From Vulcanimicrobiota bacterium (GTDB lineage Bacteria; Vulcanimicrobiota; Vulcanimicrobiia; Vulcanimicrobiales; Vulcanimicrobiaceae): a DNA stretch of 64,000 bases. Below the pieces are notes generated by a model. That model had not been told where the DNA came from and ran no database searches. It was given only the letters and a program-made list of their open reading frames with translations. This document shows positions 22,634 to 33,572 of this stretch, in pieces. Where the stretch lies: the NCBI GenBank assembly GCA_963714015.1, contig OY970223.1, positions 2,400,001 to 2,464,000 of the forward strand, read 5' to 3'. Positions within the stretch are counted from its first letter, which is position 1. Each line of letters begins with the position of its first letter. Both the position numbers and the translations under genes were made by a program.

Positions 22634-24127
22634 ATGTACACGGATTGGCTGCTCATCCGGCGGTTGGCTATCGAGATCGAGGAGCGTTTTCGCACCGCCC
22701 GCGTCCGTGACGCCGGCCGCCTAGAGGACGGGCGCTTCGCCTTGGCTTTGTGGCTGCGCGGGAGCACCTCGCTCCTTTGTATCGACATTTTCGCGCCAAC
22801 GCCCACAATCACGGCCGAAGCGGGCGAACTCCCGATTGCCGAAGAGCCTGGTTTTGTCCGTTCCGCCGGCGCTGCGCTGCGCGGCATGACTCTGCTAGCG
22901 GTAAAATCCCGCCGCGGCGACCGGCTTATCCGGCTCGACTTCGGCACGCGGTCGCGGTTCGGAGTCCAAGACGGCTACTCGCTGATCTGCGAATTGGTCC
23001 CGCGTTTCGGCAACATCGTGCTGCTCAAAGGTGAGACCGTCGTTGCCGCGGCTAAGGAGTTCGCGCCCGCGCAGAATGCCGCGCGCACGACGCAGGCCGG
23101 CGATCTGTACGAGCCGCCCCCGCTCAGGCCGGGAGCGATTACGCCGCTCTTACCAGACGAGGCGGCCGCTCCACTGGCCGAACGCATACCCTTGGACGAC
23201 CTCTACGTCTACCGGCGCGAGGGCGCACTGATCGGGGCACATCTCGTGCCGATTCCCAAATACGAGGAAATCCGCCCGGAACGGGCCCCCTCGCTGCTCG
23301 ATCTGCTTGTGGAACTGCGCGCCGGCAATGCTCACGCCGCCCAGAGCGACCGCGTGCAAAAGCGGCGTCGCAGCCTCGCCAGAACGCTGCGCGAGCGGGA
23401 ACGCCGGGTCCGGGCCGAGCTCGACGGCGTCGAGGCGCGCATCGCCAAGGCGCAAAATCGCGAGCAGATGCGCGCAGAGGGCGATAATATCTACGCACGT
23501 TTGCATGAGTTGCCGCCCGAAGAACGCGACGAAGCCAAAGAACGCGCCGCGAAACTTTTCGCCTCCTACAAGAAAGCCGCGGCAGCCATGGAGCATCTCG
23601 CGCGGCGGCGCAGCGAGCTCGCGGGTTCGCTTGAGGATTTGGCGCAGTTGCAATGGGATCTGGAGCGCGCGGGTGATGACGAGCTCGACGACGTTGCGCA
23701 AGCGATCGAAGCGCTGGAGCGGCGACCAGCAGAGAACCGGCGCGCGACGGCGCGGAAACGCAAGCCGCTGCAGTACGCGCTTCCGAGCGGATCGCGCATT
23801 TTCGTGGGACGCACACCGCTGGAGAATGCGGAGCTGACTTTTCGCACGGCGCGCCCGGGCGATCTGTGGTTTCACGTGCAAAACCAGCCCGGTGCGCACG
23901 TCATTCTGCAGCGCGACGATCGCGCGGAGCCGCCCGAGAGCGACGTGCTCGCCGCCGCTTCACTTGCCGCGTTGCACTCCAAAGCAAAAAACAGCCCCAA
24001 AGTCACCGTCGACTACACTCAGCGCAAGTATGTGCGCAAGCGGCCTTCGGCGGCTCCGGGGCTGGTTTTTTACACCAACCCGAAGTCGCTTTACGTTAGC
24101 CCGGCTGAACCGACGGAACGGCCGTGA
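22634..24127 (+). CDS. Rqc2/RqcH (NFACT) ribosome quality-control protein
   Basis: NFACT-N (DRLIRLDF, ELVPRFGNIVL), coiled coil, NFACT-R (IFVGRTPLEN, DLWFHVQNQPGAHVIL, VDYTQRKYVRK). Confidence 0.88.
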   Translation: MYTDWLLIRRLAIEIEERFRTARVRDAGRLEDGRFALALWLRGSTSLLCIDIFAPTPTITAEAGELPIAEEPGFVRSAGAALRGMTLLAVKSRRGDRLIRLDFGTRSRFGVQDGYSLICELVPRFGNIVLLKGETVVAAAKEFAPAQNAARTTQAGDLYEPPPLRPGAITPLLPDEAAAPLAERIPLDDLYVYRREGALIGAHLVPIPKYEEIRPERAPSLLDLLVELRAGNAHAAQSDRVQKRRRSLARTLRERERRVRAELDGVEARIAKAQNREQMRAEGDNIYARLHELPPEERDEAKERAAKLFASYKKAAAAMEHLARRRSELAGSLEDLAQLQWDLERAGDDELDDVAQAIEALERRPAENRRATARKRKPLQYALPSGSRIFVGRTPLENAELTFRTARPGDLWFHVQNQPGAHVILQRDDRAEPPESDVLAAASLAALHSKAKNSPKVTVDYTQRKYVRKRPSAAPGLVFYTNPKSLYVSPAEPTERP

Positions 24128-24518
24128 AGCGGTATTGCGCGCCCGTTTGATCCGAGGCGTATCCCACGATCCGGCCGCCCTGGAGCGTCCCGGTGACGTG
24201 CGTGGTGCGGTGCCCGTTCCCGATGTCGAACCACACGCTTGCACCGTTGCGTCCGCCGATCACGTCGACGAACGCGACCGTGCCCGGCGGCGTGTAGTAG
24301 CCGTTTACGTATCCGTCTTTGGTGAGGGTCAGCCGAAGCGTCCCGCCGGTAAACGGAACCGAAGGGCCGTAGTCCTTGACGAACGTCGTTTGATACGTTC
24401 GAGTAATCGTTTGCTGCAGCTGCGCAGTCGCTGCGGGAGCCGCAGCGGGCAGCACGAGCGGCACGAGCGCCGCGCCGATTACCGCTGCCCGCAAAAAATT
24501 GACGAAAAACTGTTTCAC
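24096..24518 (-). CDS. Hypothetical secreted protein
   Basis: Ala-rich signal peptide; beta-rich mature part. Confidence 0.65.
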   Translation of the reverse strand: MKQFFVNFLRAAVIGAALVPLVLPAAAPAATAQLQQTITRTYQTTFVKDYGPSVPFTGGTLRLTLTKDGYVNGYYTPPGTVAFVDVIGGRNGASVWFDIGNGHRTTHVTGTLQGGRIVGYASDQTGAQYRFTAVPSVQPG

Positions 24519-24576
24519 ATACTCTATAACGCAGTTTCCCGGTACAAGGGTTCGCTACGCGACGTATCCAGAGACA

Positions 24577-25200
24577 TTAACGATTGCTGAGAGCGGGCTC
24601 CGCGCGGCGTGCTTGGGCCAGGCGGCTTTCGCATACTTTCCAGTCAAGGTTGGAAAAGAAAGCTTCAATGTACTTGGAGCGCTCGGCCGGCTTGTAGTCT
24701 TTGATGAACGCATGCTCCCAGCAATCCATCACGACGATGGGAATGAACCCGGCGATATTGCCGTTCTGATGCTGTTCGATCCAGTGATTGCTGACGTGTC
24801 CGGCAGCCGGGTCGAAAAACGCGATGGCCCAGCCGACGCCGCGCATCCCTCCTACGGCGAAAAAATCCTTACGCCACGTCTCGAAATCGCCGTAGCTCTC
24901 CCCCAAGAGATCGTAAAGCGATCCGGACGAAAGATCTGCGGCGTTTTTCGTTAGATTGTCGAAGTAATATTCGTGCAGCCGCATGCCGTTGAACTCCCAG
25001 CCCATGCGCCGGACGAGCTCGGCATAACGCGGATCGCTTCCGGCAGCGTTTCCGGAGCGGCGTGCTTCGGTCGTGAGATCGATCAACTTGTTGGTGTTCG
25101 TGACGTAGCCTTCGTATAAGCCGAAATGCATCTCCAGCGTTGCGTCCGATATGCCTTGCAGGCCGGAAAGATCCCATTTCTTCGGCGAGTACGTCTTCAT
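24577..25200 (-). CDS. Fe/Mn superoxide dismutase family
   Basis: LEMHFGLYEGY, NGMRLHEYYF, GVGWA, DCWEHAF. Confidence 0.9.
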   Translation of the reverse strand: MKTYSPKKWDLSGLQGISDATLEMHFGLYEGYVTNTNKLIDLTTEARRSGNAAGSDPRYAELVRRMGWEFNGMRLHEYYFDNLTKNAADLSSGSLYDLLGESYGDFETWRKDFFAVGGMRGVGWAIAFFDPAAGHVSNHWIEQHQNGNIAGFIPIVVMDCWEHAFIKDYKPAERSKYIEAFFSNLDWKVCESRLAQARRAEPALSNR

Positions 25201-25348
25201 GAAATATCCTTGGCTCCTCAAATCTGAATAGATGATATTCGGGTTTTACCCGAACGGGCCAAAACCCGCGCGCCGGGTTCGCAGCCCAGAGGAAGGGACC
25301 TCCGCAGGCCTAAACAACCCTGCAACAGCTTACTCGAGGAGGACAGTC

Positions 25349-25468
25349 GTGAAGAACCCGTTGGACTCCCTTTTGGGGACGGTGATCTCGGGTTTGGTGA
25401 TTACCGTCATTCTTTATTTCATTGCGAACTTGCTCATGGCGCACACGATGGCCGGAGGAGCAACCTAA
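25349..25468 (+). CDS. 39-aa single-TM small protein
   Basis: GAGGAGG RBS, GTG start, MKNPLDSLLGTVISGLVITVILYFIANLLMAHTMAGGAT; TAATG overlap with the next gene. Confidence 0.7.
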   Translation: MKNPLDSLLGTVISGLVITVILYFIANLLMAHTMAGGAT

Positions 25469-25995
25469 TGGGCTGGAGCGATGCAATTCTGCGCTGGCTG
25501 CATTTCTTTGCCGGCATCATGTGGATCGGCATGCTGTACTACTTCAATTTCGTCAACGTCGAGGCGGTGAAGCAAGCCGCGGCGGCGGGCGAAGGTGCGC
25601 CGATTTCCAAGTACGTCGTCCCGCGCGCGCTTCTCTACTTCCGCTGGGGCGCCGTTTTCACGTGGATCTTCGGCGCCGGTCTGCTGAGCACGCTGCCCAC
25701 TTCAGGCAGCGGAGGCGGTTTCGTCGGCGCTTTTCTTCTACAGGGAAATCTCGTTCCGATTGGTTTTGGCGCGTGGCTCGGAACGATAATGCTTTTCAAC
25801 GTTTGGGTGTTGATTTGGCCCAATCAAAAGAAACTCTTGGGCATGGTTCCCGCCACGGACGAAGAGAAGGCCAAGGTGCGCCGCGTCGCGTTTCTCGCAT
25901 CGCGCGTCAACACGATGCTCTCGATTCCGATGCTCTTTTTCATGGCGACCGGTTTTCATCACCAGGACGGAATCTACAACCTATTTTCCCACTGA
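25468..25995 (+). CDS. PuuD/urate-hydroxylase-like membrane protein
   Basis: RWLHFFAGIMWIGMLYYFNFV, FRWGA, GTIMLFNVWVLIWPNQKK, SRVNTMLSIPMLFFM. Confidence 0.8.
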   Translation: MGWSDAILRWLHFFAGIMWIGMLYYFNFVNVEAVKQAAAAGEGAPISKYVVPRALLYFRWGAVFTWIFGAGLLSTLPTSGSGGGFVGAFLLQGNLVPIGFGAWLGTIMLFNVWVLIWPNQKKLLGMVPATDEEKAKVRRVAFLASRVNTMLSIPMLFFMATGFHHQDGIYNLFSH

Positions 25996-28629
25996 CGGCC
26001 GTTCGCGGGCAATGAAGGCGGCAAGCTCGGAGCGGTTGCGCACCCCGAGCTTGCCGAAAATCGACGTCAAATGCTTTTCTACCGTTCGCTGATTGACCGC
26101 TAGCGATTCGGCTATTTTGCGGTTGGCGGCGCCGGTCGCGACGAGCGATGCGATCTCACGTTCGCGCTGCGAGAGCACCGGCGCCGCGCTCGAACGCACC
26201 GTGCCGCCGGCGCGCAATCGGCGAAATTCGGCCGCGGCACGGCGCGAATCGCCCGAGAGTTCCAAGCACTTGGCTTCGTGCGTGACCCACCCCATGTCGA
26301 GGTAGAGCGCTACGGCTTCACGCGCATGCTGCGCGGCGGCGTTGCGCTCGTTCTCGTTCTTCGCTCGCAGAGCGCGCAGGTGATGAGCGGTCGCGGCATA
26401 GAGCTGCACCTGCGGCGTTGCCTCGAGCCGATCGATAAAGCCGAACGCCGCGCGGCTCGCTGCGGGACCGCCCAGCTCGGCCGCAGTCAGAATGGTTTCG
26501 GTTGCGCCGAAAGGCGCGGCAAGTTGCTTCATTGCGCGCTCCAAAATCGCTTGCGCGCCGCTCGTATCACCGTTCGCATGCAGCCAGCGAGCATACGGCC
26601 CTGCCAGCCGCCCCAGCGTGGAGTTGATGCGGCTGGAAAACGCGGCTTCGACAATTGCATCCGAACAGAGGCGCGCAATCAGTTCTTCGTCCCAAAGATC
26701 GAAGCCGACGGTCAGTGCCGCCGCCGCAAGCGCGATCGGACCGGTCGTCGTGGATTCAGGTGCCGAAGCGGCGCGTTCTACCAGCTCTCTGGCGTGCAGC
26801 GATTGGCCGTTACGGGCGCATATCAAAGCGGCATTAGCGTACGCCAAGACCTCGAGCGAGGCCAGACGCAGCTCCTGAAGCTTCGGCAGCATTTCGCCGA
26901 ATCGCGCAAGCGCTTCTCGATCGAAGCCCAGAATCGTCAATCCAAAGAACTCGTTGAACTTGGCGCGCTGCATTGCGTACTCGCCGAGCTGCGCGGAAAG
27001 CTCCTTGCCGCCGTCGAGCTGCGATCGAAAGGCGCGCACGTCGCCGCGAACCAGAGCACTGTACTGCAGGACGTTGTGATACGAATACGTATCGGCGCCG
27101 CGCGCTTGCGCGATCAGATCGCCGGCCTCTTCGACCTCGCAGCGGTCGAGGCGCATGTACGCAAGGTTCAGAAGGAGCGCCGCGCGATCCGCCGTCTGAG
27201 AGTCCGGCACGACTTCAAGCGCCTGCTCCAGTATGCGCATCCCGCGTTCGTTGTCGCCGGCTATGCGAGCTTGCGCACTCATCGCCTGGTAAATACCGGC
27301 GAGCTCTGCGGAGCAACCGGCGGATTCATAAGCAGCGGCCGCATCGGCGAAAATCTCTACTGCCTGCGCCGCTCTGCCGTCTTTACCGCAACAGGCGGCG
27401 GCTTTGGCTAAAAGCCGTCCGCGCTCGGCGGCTTGGGTTGCACCCTCCAAAGCGCGCATGTAACAGCGAATCGCCTCGGCATAAGCGTGCATCTTATCCG
27501 ACTCGTCCGCGGCCTGCTCGTTATACCGCAGACATTTCCCCGCGTCGTGCGACGCCCATGCGTGGTAACCCATGTCCTCGGCGTTCGAACCCGGGTGCTG
27601 CTCGAGCGCCCGCAAAATCTGCGCATGCAGCGGGCGGGCCTGCGCCGCCAAAAGCTGTTCGTAGACCGCTTCTCGGGTCAGCGCGTGCCGGAACGTGTAT
27701 CCGGAAGTCTCGCCCGCAATTTCGTCGACCAGCTGAAGGCGGCGCAATTCTCCCAAATGCGCCAGCACTTCCGGCGTCTCCATGCCGCAGATTTCCGCAA
27801 TGAATTCGGCCGTAAAGCGCCGTCCGACCACAGAAGCGTGCGTGAGCACTTCCCGCGCGCGATCGTCCATTCCGCGGACGCGCTCCAGCAGCGCGCCCCG
27901 GACAGTCAGCGGAAGCTGGCGCGCGCCCTCGAGCGCATTTTTCAACAGTTCTTCAGCGAAAAACGGATTGCCGTCGGAGCGTTCGACGATCTCTTCCAAC
28001 TGCGCCTGAGCAAGGCGCCGGCTTTGACCGGCTGCGAGTTTGACTAACCGCCGCAGCTCGGACGGCGATAAGGGCCCAAGAAGGATGCGATGCGTTGCGC
28101 GATCGCGCACGAGCCGAGCTAAATGCGGCTCCAACTGCTGCAGGCGGCATGCTTCGTCCGCCCGGTACGTCGCCACGATCAGCAAGCGCAGCGAGGTAAT
28201 CGACGAGAGAATGTGCTGAAGAAAATGCAGCGTTCCGTCGTCGGCCCACTGCAGATCTTCGATTAACAGCACCACGCACCGGCGCCGGCAAACTGCAGCC
28301 GTTTGTTCCGCAAACTCGGCCAGTTGCTCCGGGCGCGTCGCGGCGGTCGAGAACGGTCCGGAGACACCGGCGCCGCGCAATGCTTCGATAAGCGGGCCGT
28401 ACGGCGAATTTCCGTACTCCCGGCAAAGGCCGACGCCCAGAGAAGCGCGCCCTCCGCGCAGAGTCTTGCGGAACGAAACGAGGAGACGGCTTTTTCCGAT
28501 GCCCGCATCGCCCGAGATCAGCATGAGCGCGCCGTGAGCGCGTGCTGAAGCCAGCCGGCGTTCTACCAGCTGCTGCAGTTCGTTGTCCCGGCCCACCAAG
28601 GTCGGGCAGACCAAGGCGCGCGTCAGCAT
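25981..28629 (-). CDS. AAA-ATPase/TPR/LuxR transcriptional regulator
   Basis: GDAGIGKSRL, IEDLQWAD, SDGNPFFAEE, C-terminal LSQREREIA...TVEKHLTSIFGKLG. Confidence 0.92.
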   Translation of the reverse strand: MLTRALVCPTLVGRDNELQQLVERRLASARAHGALMLISGDAGIGKSRLLVSFRKTLRGGRASLGVGLCREYGNSPYGPLIEALRGAGVSGPFSTAATRPEQLAEFAEQTAAVCRRRCVVLLIEDLQWADDGTLHFLQHILSSITSLRLLIVATYRADEACRLQQLEPHLARLVRDRATHRILLGPLSPSELRRLVKLAAGQSRRLAQAQLEEIVERSDGNPFFAEELLKNALEGARQLPLTVRGALLERVRGMDDRAREVLTHASVVGRRFTAEFIAEICGMETPEVLAHLGELRRLQLVDEIAGETSGYTFRHALTREAVYEQLLAAQARPLHAQILRALEQHPGSNAEDMGYHAWASHDAGKCLRYNEQAADESDKMHAYAEAIRCYMRALEGATQAAERGRLLAKAAACCGKDGRAAQAVEIFADAAAAYESAGCSAELAGIYQAMSAQARIAGDNERGMRILEQALEVVPDSQTADRAALLLNLAYMRLDRCEVEEAGDLIAQARGADTYSYHNVLQYSALVRGDVRAFRSQLDGGKELSAQLGEYAMQRAKFNEFFGLTILGFDREALARFGEMLPKLQELRLASLEVLAYANAALICARNGQSLHARELVERAASAPESTTTGPIALAAAALTVGFDLWDEELIARLCSDAIVEAAFSSRINSTLGRLAGPYARWLHANGDTSGAQAILERAMKQLAAPFGATETILTAAELGGPAASRAAFGFIDRLEATPQVQLYAATAHHLRALRAKNENERNAAAQHAREAVALYLDMGWVTHEAKCLELSGDSRRAAAEFRRLRAGGTVRSSAAPVLSQREREIASLVATGAANRKIAESLAVNQRTVEKHLTSIFGKLGVRNRSELAAFIARERPSVGK

Positions 28630-28665
28630 ACGGAAACGTTCGCCGCCCAGACCCGCCCACCCGGG

Positions 28666-29649
28666 TCAAAAGGTTAGGACGATTTTGCCTATATGCTGCG
28701 AGGACTCCATGCGCCGGTGCGCCTGCGCGGCCTCTTCGATCGGAAAAGTTGAATCGATCGCGGGGCGGATCGTATTCCGTGCCGGCAGCAGCGGCCAAAC
28801 GTGCTCGCGCAGCAAGTCTCGAATTACCGTTTTTTGCTCCACCGTCCGAGCCCTGAGCGATGAAGCCAGGATGCTCGCGCGCTTATAGAGCATCCGGCCC
28901 AGGTCCAACTGCACGGCGGAGCCCCGCGCCGTAGCCAGGCACACGACTCGCCCGTCGAAGGAGAGCGCGTCGACGTCGCGCGCAATATAATCGCCGCCCA
29001 CGACGTCCAGAACGACGTTCACGCCGGCATTCTTCGTCGCGCGAAGTACTTCGGCCACGAAATCTTCGTTCTTATAGTTGACGGCCAGCTCTGCTCCAAG
29101 GTCGCGGCACGCCGCGCATTTCTCATCGCTTCCGGCCGTGCACGCGACAAAGCGCGCGCCGAACGCTTTTGCCAGCATGATCGCAGTCGTTCCGATGCCG
29201 CTCGTTCCGCCGTGCACCAAAACGCTTTCACCCGCGCGCAGCCGCCCGCGGATAAAGAGGTTGTCGTAGACGGTGAACATGTTCTCCGGCAGGGATGCGC
29301 CTTCAACGAAATTCCAGTTGGCCGGCAGACGTAAGACTTGCCCGGCCGGTACCGCGACGTATTCCGCGTAGCCGCCGCCCGTGAGCAATGCGCAGACCTC
29401 ATCGCCCGATCTGAGCTCCGCCTGGCCGTCGCCGATCTCCTCAACGATTCCGGAAACCTCCAACCCCAGGATGTCCGAAGCACCGGGCGGCGGCGGATAC
29501 TTGCCTTCGCGCTGCATCACGTCGGCGCGCGAGACTCCCGCCGCTTTGACTGCGATCAAAACTTCGCCGGCGCCGGCGCGCGGTTTGGGCCGCTCGCCGA
29601 TGCGCAGGACCTGCGGGCCGCCCGGCTGGGTGACCTCTACGAACCGCAC
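28666..29649 (-). CDS. NAD(P)H-quinone oxidoreductase (PIG3/zeta-crystallin type)
   Basis: GKYPPPPGASDILGLEVSG, LVHGGTSGIG, HIGKIVL. Confidence 0.92.
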   Translation of the reverse strand: MRFVEVTQPGGPQVLRIGERPKPRAGAGEVLIAVKAAGVSRADVMQREGKYPPPPGASDILGLEVSGIVEEIGDGQAELRSGDEVCALLTGGGYAEYVAVPAGQVLRLPANWNFVEGASLPENMFTVYDNLFIRGRLRAGESVLVHGGTSGIGTTAIMLAKAFGARFVACTAGSDEKCAACRDLGAELAVNYKNEDFVAEVLRATKNAGVNVVLDVVGGDYIARDVDALSFDGRVVCLATARGSAVQLDLGRMLYKRASILASSLRARTVEQKTVIRDLLREHVWPLLPARNTIRPAIDSTFPIEEAAQAHRRMESSQHIGKIVLTF

Positions 29650-30072
29650 GCGTTCATCAAGGCGTCGTCGGCTTCTATCAAGTCGAAGATGAACTTGTAG
29701 CGCTCGCGCAATTCCTGCGGGTACGCGGACTCGAACGCCGCCTGCCACGCTTCCGGTATACGCGCGGTAACCATGCCTTCCAGCTTGGTGTTGATCCGTT
29801 CTTTATCGAGGCCGGCGGTGCGATCGGCGATCCATGACGCGACCTCGTCCTCGGACTGCGCCGACTCGACGACCGAGCGCAGCTGCGCGAGGTCGATGTT
29901 CGTGTAGCGCGCCCAGGCGGCGCTCATTCCGATGTCGGTGAAATAGCCGTTCAGGACTCCGCCCGGCAAAGACGCCCGAAGCTTATCGACCACGCGCGCC
30001 GAGAAGACGATACCCGCCAGATGCTCGTGCGGCGATCGGGGCCGCTGCTACGCGAAGGTCCAAAGGTTCCAT
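29637..30072 (-). CDS. DUF5069-like protein (frameshift ~30050)
   Basis: MEPLDLR...PRSPHEHLAGIVFSARVVDKLRASLPGG...FDLIEADD. Confidence 0.7.
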
Positions 30073-30074
30073 AC

Positions 30075-31125
30075 CTAATTCCCTTTCGCCGGTTCGATGA
30101 ACATCGCATCTCCGAACGAAAAAAACCGGTACCGGCGATCGATGGCTTCACGGTACGCCGCCAAGATTTGTTCCCGACCGGCAAATGCACAAACGAGCAC
30201 CAAGAGCGTCGAGCGGGGCAAATGAAAGTTCGTGATCAGTGCGTCGACAATTTTGAATCGAAAGCCGGGCTTGATGAACAAGTCGGTGGACTCTTCCGCG
30301 GCGATCACTTTACCGTGCGCTGCCGCGCATCCCTCCAGCGCGCGCATCACGGTCGTTCCGGCTGCAACGATCCGGCGCCCGTCGTTTTTCGCGCGCGCTA
30401 TCGCCGCGGCGGCTTGCTCGGGTATAGCATACGTTTCCGAATGCATGACGTGTTGTTCGACACGCTCCGTCTGCATGGGGCGGAACGTTCCTAAGCCCAC
30501 GTCCAGCACGATCTTCGCTATCTCCACGCCCTTCGCGGCGACTTCGTCGAGCACGCGCTGCGTAAAGTGCAGCGACGCAGTGGGCGCGGCGACACTGCCG
30601 GGTTCCCGCGCAAATATCGTCTGATACGCTTGCTGCGACCGCACGGAGTCCTCGTGAATGTAAGGCGGCAGCGGCAATTTGCCGGCGCGCTCCAAAAAAG
30701 ACTCGAACGGTACGCGCAGGTTGAAAGCAATCTCGCGCACGCCCCCGTCGAGCACCTCCGCTACGGTTGCCTCACCAAGGTCTCCGAAGATGATCCGGCT
30801 GCCCGCCGTCAACCGGCGTGCGGGTTTTACCAGTGCCTGCCAGCGGTTTGCGCGCGGATCGTAACGGGGGACATGCGCCGGCCGCAGCAGCAGCACTTCC
30901 ACCCGGCCTCCGGACGGCCGTGCGCCGAAGATTCGCGCGGCAATGACGCGGGTCTCGTTCAAAACGAGCAGATCGCCGGACCGCAAGAACTCCGGCAGAT
31001 CGGCAAAGACGCGGTGTTCGATCGATCCCGCCGCCAGCACCAAAAGACGCGACGAGTCGCGCGGAGAAGCTGCCGACTGCGCGATCAGCTCTTTCGGCAG
31101 CTCGTAGTCGTAAGCGGCGGCTAAC
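30075..31125 (-). CDS. queA: S-adenosylmethionine:tRNA ribosyltransferase-isomerase (start uncertain)
   Basis: YDYELPKELIAQ, LPLPPYI, GSVAAPTA, TNFHLPRSTL, YRFFSFGDAM. Confidence 0.96.
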
Positions 31126-31489
31126 CGGGGGTCGAGAGCCGGCTGCGTTCCATCGCCAGGAAGCTGCTGAGCCGTTTTTGATCCTCTTCGGTCACGTCGA
31201 TGAAAAGCACGCCGGTTTGGAAACTCTCACGCTCCCACTGACGAATCCACCGGACTTCGGCGCGCAGGACCAGATTCGGCGGCCGCTTCATCGTGAAGAT
31301 GTACTTCGTTCCTTTGGGCAGATATTGATCGACGATCACGCGCATCCCCATTTCGGAGATGTCCGCGATGGCACCGCGAAAAAGCATCGACGAAAGGCGG
31401 TCCTCGACGACGACGTCGATATATTTGCGCAGGCGTACGCCGGTGGTCCGTTTTTCGTCGCGATCGCCGCTGGAAGGTGCGTCAGTCAT
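31121..31489 (-). CDS. PilZ-domain protein
   Basis: KRTTGVRLR...ADISEMGMRV (DxSxxG), AEVRW, GVLF. Confidence 0.8.
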   Translation of the reverse strand: MTDAPSSGDRDEKRTTGVRLRKYIDVVVEDRLSSMLFRGAIADISEMGMRVIVDQYLPKGTKYIFTMKRPPNLVLRAEVRWIRQWERESFQTGVLFIDVTEEDQKRLSSFLAMERSRLSTPG

Positions 31490-32486
31490 TCCCCGTTCCG
31501 GTGCCGGGATAGTAGTAAGACAGAATTGCTCGAACGGAGGCCCCGGTGAGCGCCATTCCGCGCGCGCCCCATTGACAGAGTCCCACTCCGTGGCCGAGGC
31601 CTCCCCCTTCGATGGTCAGCGCCGTTGACGCCTGCGCAGCATCAGCGCGCACGATCACGCGCCGTACCAAAAGACTGGGAAGCGTTCGCGTTCCGAGCAG
31701 CCGGCGCACGTCTTTGGCTTTGATCTGAACGGCCCCGCCGGTTCCCACGAAGGTCCACGTCAATGGTCTTCCGCTCGAGTCCGGTGCGTCCAGCGTTACG
31801 GATTGGAGATTGCCGGCTGCGTCGATTTCCCGGAGCTGTGCCGAGGCCTGAGTGAGCGCTACAGTCTTGGTCCACGAGTACCACGGCGATTGCGTGCAGT
31901 ATGTGCATGTGACTCCGGAGAGATACTCGAGCAGTTTGCCGCCCCATGCATTCGCATTCGACTCCGTATGTCCGCCGCAACACGAAGAATACAGAACCTC
32001 CGCAAAGCCGTTGCCGAAGCGCAGCGCCTGCCCCGCTGTTATATCGACGGCATCGCTGGTCTCCGGATGCTCGGCATCCAGTCCGGTGTAGACCTGATCT
32101 GCTTCGGAGGGAACGAGATCGTACTCTCGCACCGGATTGCTGCGCTGCAGCACATACGTTCGCGCGAGAATTGCTTGAGCTTGCAGCGCAGCCGCAGGCC
32201 AGGAGTGCGGCATCTCGCGCGGCACGACGCTGTAGAGATACTGCTCGAGCGGGACGAGATTGACGATCTGCCCATCCGAGGTGCTCGAATAACTTCCGCG
32301 GTAACGCCGCCCTTCGAATAGGATTGTCGAAGCGTCCAAGGTCCGAGCGCTGCCCCTTCCCAGAAGGACGCGCAGCGACTGCGCCTGCGAGACGGTCGCG
32401 GGATCGTCCTGATCGGGCGCGTTTCGCAGTCCGTGCGGCACAATTCCGGCCGCAGCAATCGCTCTTACGAATTCGCTGCGGTTCAC
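31482..32486 (-). CDS. SpoIID/LytB-domain protein
   Basis: [50 protein letters not shown]. Confidence 0.92.
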   Translation of the reverse strand: MNRSEFVRAIAAAGIVPHGLRNAPDQDDPATVSQAQSLRVLLGRGSARTLDASTILFEGRRYRGSYSSTSDGQIVNLVPLEQYLYSVVPREMPHSWPAAALQAQAILARTYVLQRSNPVREYDLVPSEADQVYTGLDAEHPETSDAVDITAGQALRFGNGFAEVLYSSCCGGHTESNANAWGGKLLEYLSGVTCTYCTQSPWYSWTKTVALTQASAQLREIDAAGNLQSVTLDAPDSSGRPLTWTFVGTGGAVQIKAKDVRRLLGTRTLPSLLVRRVIVRADAAQASTALTIEGGGLGHGVGLCQWGARGMALTGASVRAILSYYYPGTGTGND

Positions 32487-33572
32487 AGCAGCCGTTCCTG
32501 TGCGGGCGGCGGTGCCGCGGTTGCTTTCAAATGACTATATGCACGCGGTGTCGCTTTTCGTCCGCTCGCCGTTCGAACGACGAAGCCTTGCTTGAGCAGA
32601 TACGGCTCCACGACGTCTTCCAGCGTCTCCCCGTCTTCCGTCAACGTTGCCGCAATCGCGCCTATTCCGACCGGGCCGCCGCGGTATTGCTCGACGATCG
32701 TGCGCAAAAACGCGCGATCGAGCCGGTCCAGTCCGAGTTCGTCCACGCCCTTCGCGACGCAGTGCCTCGTCCGCAACTTCGCGCGTGATCCGCCCCTCCG
32801 CGCGCACCTCTGCAAAGTCGCGCACCCGGCGGAGCAGCCTATTGGCGATTCGCGGCGTTCCGCGGCTGCGCGCAGCGATGGTGTGCGCGCCTTCCGCTTC
32901 AATCGGAACGTTCAGCACGCTGCACGAGCGGCCGACGATCTGCTCCAATTCTTCCACGCTGTAGTAGTCCAAGTGATGCATGATTCCGAAGCGCTCGCGC
33001 AGCGGCGCGGAAAGCATTCCCGCGCGCGTCGTGGCGCCTACGAGCGTGAAACGTTTCAGCGGCAACTTGATCGTCTTCGCGTAAGCGCCCCGGTCGACGA
33101 CGAAGTCGATCTGAAAATCCTCCATCGCGGGATAGAGGAACTCTTCGACCACGCGGCCCAAGCGGTGAATCTCATCGATGAAGAGTACGTCGCCCTCTTC
33201 CAGAGACGTGAGGATTCCGACGAGATCTTTGGGTTTCTCCAGCGTCGGGCCGCTCGTCGGGCGAAGCGCTCTGCCCATGTCGCGCGCGATCAGCGCTGCG
33301 AGCGTCGTCTTGCCCAAGCCCGGCGGCCCGTAAAATAGCACGTGTTCGAGCGGTTCGTCCCGTCTGCGCGCCGCGTCGATGGCAATCTTCAGATTCTCGA
33401 CGACGGTCGTTTGACCGACGTATTCGTCGAACGAACGGGGACGCAGGCTTGCGCCGTAGACTTCGTCTTCCAGCGTGTCGTCGGGAGAGACCAAACCGCG
33501 CAGCGCGCTCTCGGAATCGAACGGCTGCACATCCTCGGGCCCGAGCAGGCGCCGCCGCGCGTCGTCGCTCAT
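32483..33572 (-). CDS. ruvB: Holliday junction helicase RuvB (frameshift ~32750)
   Basis: [49 protein letters not shown]. Confidence 0.96.

Noticed and set aside
26278..27411. Long antisense ORFs here and opposite glmS, carB, valS and pknB
   Set aside because: Shadow ORFs from high-GC codon bias opposite well-supported genes
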